From NCBI GenBank assembly GCA_050950285.1, contig JBMNHG010000008.1, positions 620,001-684,000 on the forward strand: 64,000 bases of DNA. Reading direction: 5' to 3'. The first letter of the stretch is position 1. Every line of letters begins with the position of its first letter. This document shows positions 31,882 to 46,000 of the stretch, piece after piece. This stretch comes from Kiritimatiellia bacterium (GTDB lineage Bacteria > Verrucomicrobiota > Kiritimatiellia > RFP12 > JBMNHG01). The notes beneath the pieces were generated by a model. The model did not search any database. It saw only the letters and a list, made by a program, of their open reading frames with translations, and had not been told where the DNA came from. Position numbers and translations under genes: made by a program.

Positions 31882-32547
31882 CTAGCGCGGGGCGCGGGGC
31901 GCGTTCGAGGCGGGACAGCGCCCGCCGAAGGGGCAGCCTTCGCAACGGGGGTTGACGGGGCGGCAGCGGGTTTGCCCGAAGGAGACCAGCAGCGTGTTCC
32001 ATTCGATCCAGTAGCGTTCGGGCAGGCGTTCGCGAAGCGCCATTTCGGTTTCGAAGGGGGAGGAGGTTTCGACCAGGCCCAGGCGGTTGCTGATGCGATG
32101 GACGTGGACGTCCACGCAGATCGCGGGAATTCCGAAGGCTTGCGCGAGCACGAGGTTCGCGGTCTTCCGCCCCACGCCGGGCAGGGAGCACAGCCCTTCG
32201 AGTGTCCGGGGCACTTCGCCTCCGAAATCGAGGGCCAGGCGCTCGGCCAGCGCCTTCACGTGCCGCGCCTTCACGCGGTAGAAGCCCACGGGGAAGATGA
32301 GGCTTGCGATCTCGTCCTCGGGAAGGGCGCGAAGTTCCTCCAGCGTTCCGGCGCGGGCGAAGAGGCGTCCGATGGCTTGGGCGGTGGTGGCGTCTTTCGT
32401 GCGGGCGCTGAGAAGTGTCGCGACCAGCACCTTGAGCGGATCGCGCGTTTGGGCGGCGAGAAGGTCGATGACCGGCGCCTTGTGCCTCGCGTATTCCTTG
32501 CGGAGCGCACGGACAATCGCGTCGAAGGGGCTGCCGGACGCGCTCAT
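31882..32547 (-). CDS. nth: Endonuclease III
   Basis: LLSARTKD, LPGVGRKTAN HhH, VDVHVHRI, C-x6-C-x2-C-x5-C [4Fe-4S] motif. Confidence 0.93.
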   Translation of the reverse strand: MSASGSPFDAIVRALRKEYARHKAPVIDLLAAQTRDPLKVLVATLLSARTKDATTAQAIGRLFARAGTLEELRALPEDEIASLIFPVGFYRVKARHVKALAERLALDFGGEVPRTLEGLCSLPGVGRKTANLVLAQAFGIPAICVDVHVHRISNRLGLVETSSPFETEMALRERLPERYWIEWNTLLVSFGQTRCRPVNPRCEGCPFGGRCPASNAPRAPR

Positions 32548-33962
32548 GGCAGGTCGCCGCAACCCGGCTCCGGGGCCTCTTCCGCAAGCCACAGCGGACC
32601 GTCCACGCGGATGCCGGAAAGGCCGGCCGCCGCGAGCGCCTGTCCCGAATCGGCGAAGCAGGGGTCGATCTCGATCGGGAACGCGGGGGCGCCTCCGGCG
32701 TCCCGGGGGACGTCGATGCCCGCGGCGTCGAGCCAGCGGGCCCACTTGGCGACGAGGTCGCGGCGGCAGGTGGCGGGGGAGTCGGCGCCTTCGGCGTTCT
32801 TCACGGGCGAAAACTCTTCGCGGCGGTCGAAGGCGAGGTTCAGCACGTTCGCGGCGGCGGGCAGGAGGTCGAAGATGAACTTCTCGAACTTCCAGCCGTT
32901 CGGGGCGTCGGGCGCCACGACGACGCCGTCCGGGTCGCAGCAGGCGATTTTCTTGTGGGCGAGGTGGATCGGCATCGGGCGATCGGCTTCGCGGAGGAGG
33001 AAGTCGAGCGAGAAGACGTGCAGGGCCACGCTGCCGTATTTGTAGTAGAGTTCGCCCGAAGCGGTGGTGCGGGCCATCTGCTCGGGGGTGAGTTCGGAAT
33101 ATTCGACGATCGCGCAGGCGCCGTCGCGTTCCACCACGACGCCGAGGCCCTCTTCCGCGTTGCGCTTGGCGCAGACCTTCACGGACATCTCCGCGCCCTT
33201 CGCAAGGTGGGCGCCGAGGAAGGCGGGATCGCACATCTCGATCATCGGATTGTCCACTTGGAAGTAGAAGACCGTGGAGATTCCGCGTTCCCGCATGTCC
33301 GCGAGCGCACCGCTCGACCGGAGTGCGGCGAGGGTGCCGCCGTGGCCGTCGGGACTCAGGAAGAGGGTCCCTTTGTCCGCGAGCAGGATGCGGCCGTCGT
33401 CGTCGAGCGCGGGCCACATGCCCTGTCGGAAGAGGAAGACGTCTTCCGGGTCGAGGCCGAACCACGCGAACTCCTCGAAGCAGGCGAGCGTGGCGTCGTG
33501 GTTGGCGTGGCTGGTCATGATATACCAGGGCACGGGCTTGCCGTAGCGGCGGACCAGCGCGAGAATCTTCCGGGCGTGGAAGTAGAAAAGCGGCATGCCG
33601 CTGACCGGCCCGATGGGATAGGCGCCCTTGGGGCCGTCGAATCCAAGGCGCGACCCCTGGCCTCCGGCCACGAGCACCACGCCCACCTTGCCCGCCCGGA
33701 GTTCGGCTTCGCCGCGTTCCACGGCGGCAGCGCGGGCCGCGGCGTCCAGCTCCACGACCGGTGCGGGCGGGAAGTCGCCGCCGGCGGAGGCGGAACCACC
33801 TTCCGCGAGCATCGAGCGCATGCGCGCGAGCGCCTCGAAGTCCAGCGCTTCGATCTGCGCGAGCAAAGCGGCGCGCCGCGTTTCGTCCAACTCGTTCCAG
33901 AAGCGCAGCACATGCGCCTGTCCATTGCGTTCCAGCACGTCTCGGGCGGTATCGAAATCCAT
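32544..33962 (-). CDS. UDP-N-acetylglucosamine pyrophosphorylase, UDPGP/UAP1 (eukaryote-type) family
   Basis: VAGGQGSRLG..PKG, PWYIMTS, SPDGHGG, QVDNP, KFEKFIFD, EFSPVKNA. Confidence 0.9.
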   Translation of the reverse strand: MDFDTARDVLERNGQAHVLRFWNELDETRRAALLAQIEALDFEALARMRSMLAEGGSASAGGDFPPAPVVELDAAARAAAVERGEAELRAGKVGVVLVAGGQGSRLGFDGPKGAYPIGPVSGMPLFYFHARKILALVRRYGKPVPWYIMTSHANHDATLACFEEFAWFGLDPEDVFLFRQGMWPALDDDGRILLADKGTLFLSPDGHGGTLAALRSSGALADMRERGISTVFYFQVDNPMIEMCDPAFLGAHLAKGAEMSVKVCAKRNAEEGLGVVVERDGACAIVEYSELTPEQMARTTASGELYYKYGSVALHVFSLDFLLREADRPMPIHLAHKKIACCDPDGVVVAPDAPNGWKFEKFIFDLLPAAANVLNLAFDRREEFSPVKNAEGADSPATCRRDLVAKWARWLDAAGIDVPRDAGGAPAFPIEIDPCFADSGQALAAAGLSGIRVDGPLWLAEEAPEPGCGDLP

Positions 33963-34138
33963 GGGAATCCCTTTCAAGAAAACCGGCGGGGCCGATGAGG
34001 ATGAGCGATAGGCCAACCATACCATCCCGGAAAGCGTTTTGCCACCGAAAACACATCCCGCCGGGCGGAAGGCGGACGGCACCCTCCTTTCGCCCCGTTT
34101 TCCTGGCCTGTCTTTTCCCTATTATGCTTACTAACCCG

Positions 34139-34288
34139 CTAACCCGGCCACAAATAGCGCTGCTCACGGAGATTCAGGCATGAGGAGCTGGAATTTGGAG
34201 CCGGGAAAGGGGCACGGACATTCCTGTCCGTGTCACGGGTTGGAAAACCCGTTCCCCTGTTTTGCAGCATGAATTGTGGCCGAGTTAG
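34139..34288 (+). mobile_element. ~150-bp MITE-like element, copy 1 (TIRs plus internal REP-like doublet)
   Basis: Starts CTAACCCGGCCACAA, ends TTGTGGCCGAGTTAG followed by TA; preceded by TA plus an extra CTAACCCG (34129-34138); near-identical inverted copy at 39743-39891. Confidence 0.8.
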
Positions 34289-34338
34289 TAAACCCCTCCA
34301 CCAACGCCGTGCGCCACGGCTTGGCGGACGGGAATGCG

Positions 34339-34953
34339 TCAAGCCCTCCGCGCGTGCCTGCGATGGAGGGCCAGGACGCCGGCACCAACCAGCAGCAATC
34401 CGAGCGCCGACGGCTCGGGGACGGGGATCGCATTGTACGTGCCGGCATAGATGCCCGCTCCGGTCGTCTCCGCCGCGCTGTCGACCAGAACCAGATCCGT
34501 GCCGTTCCAAAGCAGCGAGGCCCAGCCGTAGATGTACTTCGTATAGTCCGCGCCGCCCCTGGCCAGCCGGAACCCAAGATAAAAGATCCGGTTGTAAGGC
34601 ATTTCGATCGAGCCAAGCGCGTACGTGTCATTTCTGCCCAGATACTCGGCATTCTCCATGGCCGCCGCGTCCAAGGCGGCGCCGTATTGCGTCTCGAACC
34701 ACCAGTGGCGGATGCCGATCGTCATGTCGGTTGCCTGCAAGGAAGCCTTTAAACGAGGGCCACGTACGATTTCAAGCAAAATGCCGGCACCGCCGCCTGG
34801 AGATATTTCCGATGCAAGGATATGGGTTGACGGGGGCCAATAACTGGGGCCCAGCGTGACGGCGCCCCACACGACCGTCGCGGCGGGCGCGGCTGTCGCC
34901 AGAAGCAGGGGCAGAGCAAAAGCGGCGCATCGGAGTTTTCTGCATCGTTTCAT
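34339..34953 (-). CDS. PEP-CTERM sorting domain protein
   Basis: AAGGAG RBS, signal peptide, YIYGWA motif, C-terminal VPEPSALGLLLVGAGVLALHRRHARRA. Confidence 0.9.
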   Translation of the reverse strand: MKRCRKLRCAAFALPLLLATAAPAATVVWGAVTLGPSYWPPSTHILASEISPGGGAGILLEIVRGPRLKASLQATDMTIGIRHWWFETQYGAALDAAAMENAEYLGRNDTYALGSIEMPYNRIFYLGFRLARGGADYTKYIYGWASLLWNGTDLVLVDSAAETTGAGIYAGTYNAIPVPEPSALGLLLVGAGVLALHRRHARRA

Positions 34954-34979
34954 GGGAGACTCCTTCTTCGTGTTTCGTG

Positions 34980-39422
<4,443 letters not shown>

Positions 39423-39526
39423 CCGAAACCGGCGGTTTCAAGACCCTGTCGCGTCGGCATGCCTTTCCGCCGCACAAAAACAGACGTCCGGTCGCGACAC
39501 GGCGCCACCATACGCCTTCCGGCATT

Positions 39527-39555
39527 ACTGTACACCCCCGCGGTTTTCGCCGCAA
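39527..39555 (-). promoter_or_regulatory. Candidate sigma70 promoter for the protease/PEP-CTERM operon, inside the repeat-bounded segment
   Basis: Minus strand TTGCGG-N17-TACAGT, about 105 bp upstream of the ORF start. Confidence 0.5.
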
Positions 39556-39742
39556 CGGCTTTTCGCAACTTTTTTTGCGGCCCCGAACCGCCATTCCGCC
39601 GGCTTTTCACGCCGCCGGCGCAACAGCAGACTCGCGCGCGCCGGCGATGAACGTGCCGGTCTCCGGCGGGAAGTCGATCCACCAGCACAAGGCCGATGCG
39701 GACGCCGCTCCCGTATCGCGAGGCCGTCCTCCCCAAGGGCTG

Positions 39743-39891
39743 CTAATTCGGCCACAATTCATATTGCAAAACAGGGGAACGGGTTTTCCAACCCGTGACA
39801 CGGACAGGAATGTCCGTACCCCTTTCCCGGCTCCAAATTCCAGCTCCCAATGCCTGAATCTCCGTGCCAGCGCTATTTGTGGCCGGGTTAG
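39743..39891 (-). mobile_element. ~150-bp MITE-like element, copy 2 (inverted relative to copy 1)
   Basis: Reverse complement matches 34139-34288 with about 7 substitutions and 1 indel; outer end ...TGTGGCCGGGTTAG followed by TA. Confidence 0.8.
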
Positions 39892-40032
39892 TATATTCCG
39901 TTTTCGCCCGGCGGTCCCCCGTTCTTCGGAGCCGGTGCGCTGGCATGCTTATTGCTTTTCATGATTCTTCTTGGGAATCGCGGACGCGTCGCGCGATTCC
40001 GGACGTATCGGCCGTTATCGAGATCCGCCATT

Positions 40033-43000
40033 ATGAACAGGACGAAATGCATTCGGTTTTCTTTTCTCGCCGGCTTTTTCGCCGTCGTGCTGGGCGCCGT
40101 CCCCGTCTTTGCGCAGGAGGCTGCGGCGGAGGCGGTCGCCGAAGTGCCGCCCGATCCGCGCGTGGAGCTTTTCGACGGCTTCCTGAAGCGCGCCCAGCGT
40201 GATCCGGCGGGGATGACGCGCGACGAGATGCTGCAGGGCATGCAACTCGGCATGGATTTGGGGCGGCCGAGCTCCGTGGCCGCCGTGGCGAAGTTCTACC
40301 TGAACCAGACGCCGGCGCCGGCGCCGGAGATCGTGCTCGCGACGGCCCGGGCGGCGGATCGCGCCGGCGACTTCCGAACCGCGGCGAGCCGCTACAAGCA
40401 GTATTTGGGCGTGGCCGAGCCGAACGAGGAGAACTCGAAGGTGGCCGCGCGCCTGTTCGTGGTGCTGATCGACCTGCTCGCCAGCAACGACGAGGCCTTC
40501 CGCTTCATGGACGAAGAGGGCGGGAAGTTCCGCCAGTCCGCCGAAGCCCGCAAGTTCGACGGCTGGTTCGTGGAGATGGCCCGCCAGCGGCGCGCCTACC
40601 TCCCGATGGCGCGGCGCCTGGCCGCGGTGATGGCGGACGGCCTTCCTCTCGCGCAGGAGCGCTACGCCTATTGGGAACCGATCGACTGGCTGATGCGCGA
40701 GGCCGGGTACAGCCGCGCGGAGATGCTCGACGCGCTGCCGTTCCTGCGGCAGATCGTGGAGCGCCTGCGCGACAACCCCGCCCGCAAGGCCCGCTACCAC
40801 TACATCGTGACGCATCTCGCCTTCCGTGCCGCCGCCGTGGGCAAGGATGCCGATGGCGTGATGAAGGAGTTCGAGCCCGTGGTCGCCGCCGCCCGCGCAT
40901 ACATCGACGCCCGTCCGACGCACGAGGTCTTCGAGGAGATCCTCCGCTGCTGGCTCGGCGGCCCCGGCCAATGGGATCCCACATGGTACAACCGCACCCC
41001 CGCGCAGTGCCGCTCCGTGCTGGCCTACGCCTTCGAGCGCGTCTCGCCGGAGGAGCGCCGCGCGATGGTCGATGCCTACGCCCCGCATGGCTGGCTCGAG
41101 ACCACCGCCGGCTGGCAGGCCCTCGCCAAGCGCTTCCCCGAGGCTTTCAAGGGCACGACGGGCGTTTCCCGCCTCGGACTGGACGGTTCCATCGCCGGGG
41201 AATCCTTCTACCGGGACTTCCTGCCCGCCCTCGAGGACGCGCCTTCGTTCCTGGCGGCGGCGACGCACGCCGCGATTGCCGCGAAGGACGGCGGCGACGA
41301 CCTGTGGAAGGGCGTGGAAACCGTGCGCGACCGCTACGCCTGGTTCCTCGAACTCCGGCAGGAGCGCGACACGCTGTGGAACGCATGGAGCATCTACTCG
41401 CGCTTCGAGCGGCCCGAAGAGCGGCAGGCCGCGATCCAGCCGCAGTGGCAGGAGGTCTTCGCGCGCTTCTGCCGCGAGCGCACGCTGCGGTCCGTGGCCC
41501 TCTGCGAGCGCGACATCGCCCGCGAGGCCTTCCAGACGCTTTGGGGGACGCCCGGCTTCCCGCGCCAGGATTTCATCGGTGCGCTGGGCTCGCTCGCGTG
41601 GGTTCCGTACTCCCCCGACGATCGTGCGTACGTGCTGGGCGGCGCGTACGACCACTTCCAGCAGTGGGCCAACGGCGCGCGCCAGCGCGAGGCCGACGCC
41701 AAGACGGCCGACGCCGCCGCGAACGAACAGATCGCCCAGGTGCGCGCGCAGCACGACGAGGCCGTCCGGCAGCAGCAGGCGAACCCCGACGACGCCGGCG
41801 CCGCCGACCGCGTGAAGCAGCTCGCCGACCAGCTCCAGCAGCTCGCGGCGCGCCGCGACGAAACCGCCAAGGCCGCCGAGGCCGCCCTCGCCGACTCCGC
41901 CCTCGTCACGCCGCTCGAAGACGCCTTCCGCGCCGCCCGCGAGGCGCGGATCGACCCCTCCAAGGCCCCCGACGACCTCTGCCGCGCCTTCTCGCAGTGC
42001 GCCGCCGCCATCGCCGCCAAGGACCAGGCCGCCTACGTGGCCGCCGCCCGCGACCTCTACGGCCGCATCCGCGACTTCGAGTCGTCGCGCGTCCCCTTCG
42101 GCCATTGGCTCATCCGCTGGCTCGCCTCGAACCGCTTCGAGGCCTTCGACACTCTGGACTTCCAGCTCGAGATGCTGGCCGACCAGCTGGACCTCTTCCG
42201 CGAGCGCGGCACGGGGTTGGGCGCGCACCTCGTGATGCAGGAACTCTGCCGCGGCCGCGGCAACTGGAACGGCTGGTGCTCCGCCCGCTGGGACGAGCGC
42301 CCCGCCGTCTCCAAGTTGTGCGACACCCTCGCCGCCGCCAACGCCGCCCTCTTCTCCGAAGGCAAGTTCGACAGGCACTTCTTCCAGTGGTTCCGCCATG
42401 CCCGAACCTTCGAGGGCGGACGCGTCGAACACTCCTGGCACCCCGAGGTCTACGAGGCGCTGATCGAAAAGCGGCTTCTCCGCGACCACCCCGAATTCCG
42501 CGCCGACGGGTCGTCCTACACCGTCACGTACCAGTGGCTCGTCCGCAACGAGTGCAATGTGCTCGAGGAGAAATATCCGGTCCAGTCCTGGTTCGACGAC
42601 ATGTACGCCCAGGAGCTGCGCGAGCGCGGGATGATCTTCGAGTACCGCTTCTGGGACTACAGCCCCGACACCGGACACAAGGCGGCCGACGTCGCCAGCG
42701 AGCTGCTCGCCGCGATGGACGGGTATCCGTACTTCGGCGACGACGACATCTGCAACCGCTGCGACCGCAACACGTACTGGAACATGTTGTGGCGCATCCA
42801 CGAACGCTCCTCCCCCGAGGCGCGCGCCGCCCGCTACTCCGCCGCCCTGCCGAAGTTCGGCACCACCCTCTTCGACAGCTATTCCGCCGGCCTGCACCTG
42901 ATCGGGGGCTTCGATCCCGCCGACGCCGGACAGCGCAAGGCCTGCTTCGACCGCATCGCCGCCTACACCGACCGCATCGCGGCGCTGCCGTGGCGCGAGA

Positions 43001-46000
43001 CGCCCGCCTACGTGGGCGGCGTGGCCGCCATCCCCCACCAGCATGCCGCGCAGCTCACCGACGAAGAGTGCGACATCCTCCTGCGCGTCTTCCTGAACCC
43101 GTCCTACTCCTGGAACGGCGGCTGGAACACCGAGCACGTCGACTACCTCCTCCAGCTCGCCCTCCTCTCCAAGAAGCGCTGGGACGACCTCTTCGACGTG
43201 ACCCCGCAGTGCTGGCGCGTCTTCCGCGAGCATCGCCACCACCACTACTGGGACGCCATGGCCAACGTCGGGGCCGCCATCGCCGACGCCGGCCAGGCCG
43301 AGCTCGCCACCATGCACGCCGGCGTCGGCCTGAACATGATCGGCAACGACCTGCCCGAGCATATCCGCAACACCATGATGGCCGTCCGCTCCAAGGCCAT
43401 GTCCGGACTGGGAGGCGCCATCCCCGTCGAGCGCGGCGACCGCCGCTACCCCGTCTTCGCCGCGCAGGCCGACTACCTCTTCGGCAAGCTCGAATCCGCC
43501 TGGGCGCAGTACACGCCCTATCGCGACCTCATGCGCTCCATCATGAAAGAGCTCGACCCCGGCTTCGTCCTCTGGATCATCCAGCGCCATACCGACGTCG
43601 CCGACTACGACATCGCCGAGGACATCGCCCGCGACATGCTCGTCTGGGTGAAGAATTCGCCCCAGGGGTTCGACAAGGAGACCCGCGCCGCCCTCGACCT
43701 CGCCTACGCCGACATCGCGAAGGCCCGCCAGGAATACCCCAAGGCCCGCGCCCAGTACGAGCAAATCGCGCTCGCCCGCGAGTACGACGATACCGCTTCC
43801 CAGCGCGCCGCCTCCCTCCGCGTGGCCGAAGTGGACCGGCTCACCCGCCAGTACGACGCCGCCCTGGACCGCCTCGACAAGCTCTCCAGACGTCCCGACT
43901 CCATCCTCCAGGCCGAGTCCTTCTTCCAGATGGCCCTCATCCACTACGACCGCGAGGAGTACGCCGACGCCCGCGACTGTCTCGAGAAGACCTTCGCCCT
44001 CATGCCCGGCCATACCGACGCCCGCCTCCTCGAAGGCAAGCTCCACCTCCGCATGAAGAAGCTCGTCGAGGCCACCGAGGTCACCGTCGGCACGCAAGGC
44101 TCCCAGGAGACCCTCGTGCCCGGCAAGTCCCTCAAGGTGCAGATCGAAGACCGCACCCTCGCCGTGGTCGGCCAGTCCTCCGCCATCGAAGTCCGCGCCT
44201 GGGCCTCCTCCGGCGACGAGGAAATCTTCAACCTCCTGCCCTTCGGCGACTCCAAGACGAAGTTCGAGGGCCATGTGGCCACCGCGCTCGGGGAGCCCAA
44301 CCCCGGCGACCGCATCCTCCAGGTCCGCGGCGGCGACACCGTGCAGTACGACTTCTCCGATCGCTTCAAGGAGGCCAACAAGATCACCGAATCGCAGATC
44401 ACGGCCATCAAGGTTCGCTCCGACGCCGACCTCTTCATCTCCTCCGGGCGCATCCTCTCGCAGGAGGAGCAGGAACAGCTCGCCCTCGAGCAGCTCGTGC
44501 GCGACCGCCTGCGCGTGAAGGGCCTCGACCGCGAAGGCCGCTCCCTCTCCTCCGTGCGCAAGGCCGACGAAATCAAGCCCGGCAACCCCATCAACGTGCG
44601 CGTGGTCGACCCCGACCGCTCCGTGAACGCCACCCCCGACCGCATCACCGTGCGCGTCGCCACCTCCAGCGGGGACCGCATCGACGCCTTCGAGCTTGTC
44701 GAGACCGGCCCGGACACCGGCGTCTTCGAGGGCAAGATCCCCACCCGCTCCGCCCCCGCCACCGCCTTCGCCTCCGACACCGAAGAGGGCCGCGATCCCG
44801 TGAACGTCATCGCCGCCGGCGACCACGAGCCCTGGATCGGCCAGCCCGACAACCGCCGCCCGAAGTCCTTCAGCGTGGACCTGAACAAGATGGTCGAGCT
44901 CGGAACCCTCGACATCACCTCCGCGATCGCCGGCCGCCGCCCGCGCCGCCTGCTCGTGCAGACCTCCCCCAGCGGGAAGACCTTCTCCACGGTCGGCGCC
45001 TGGCCCGAAAACCTCCCCTCCACCGGCACCTCCCCCTGGTTCGAGCTCGTCCGCTTCGCCGACCGCAACCACCTCGCCAACTCCCTTGCGGAGGTGCGCG
45101 ACTACCTCGATGCCGGCTACGCCGTCCACAACGCCCCCAAGATCCAGGGCCCCTGCGCCCTCGTCTCCACCAACTTCGACGGCAGCCTCAACGGCGCCGC
45201 CCAGGACCTCGGCCTCTCCGCCGAAGGCGTGAACTCGTGGGTCGTCGGCCGTTGCTCCGCCTCGTTCGTGCTCGCCCGCCGCCAAGTGTGCGTCTTCCGC
45301 ATCGACAACCTCGGCCGCCAGCACAACATCCGCTACTGGCTCGCCATCGACGGCGAGGGCGCGGAACCCCATCACCGCGCCGAAGAACTCACCCGCACCC
45401 TCGGGCGCGGCGTCCACCGCGTCGAAGTCTACTTCGCCGCCCACCGCTCCGCCCAGCCCGCCTTCGTGCTCCAGAGCGACGTCGAAACCCCGCCCGAAAT
45501 CCGCCCGTGCACCGCGGACCTCTTCTCCGGCGAGGCCAACCCCGAACTCGCCTCCGAGGTCTTCACCCCCGCCGGATTCGAAGTCTCCGGGGACGGCGAC
45601 AACCTCCGCGTGACCTTCGCCCCCGGCACCAAGGCCCGCACCCTCCGCCTCTACTTCGCGGACTTCGAGGGCCAGGCGCCCGCCATCAACCGCCTCGTCC
45701 TCACCGACGCCGCCGGCGCCACCCTCCTGCCGCCCGATACCGACGTGCTCGGCCTCAAGCGCAACGACATCCTGGAAATCGTGCCGGGAGACGACATCAC
45801 CGTCACCTACACGGATCCCACCCCCCTCGAAAAGGCCAACACCGTGCGCGAGGCGCGCATGACCGCCACCTTCCGCGACGCCGTCATCACCGCCTGCGTG
45901 GTCGATTCCTGGGTGAACGAGCACAACGTCCGCCAGCCCGTCTACATCCCGCTCCGCCGCTTCACCGCGGGCGACGCCGTGGCCGTCTTCATCGAGGATC

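Noticed and set aside
32544..33962. Eukaryote-type UAP1 as a recent eukaryote-to-bacterium transfer
   Set aside because: This family is already known in PVC and other bacteria, and codon usage looks native
34139..34288. Repeat pair as a CRISPR array or integron attC sites
   Set aside because: Only two copies, in inverted orientation, with no spacers, cas genes or integron integrase, and no attC core sites recognised
39607..39742. Possible truncated gene remnant next to the inner end of element copy 2
   Set aside because: Short, no recognisable motif, cannot be distinguished from GC-rich intergenic DNA
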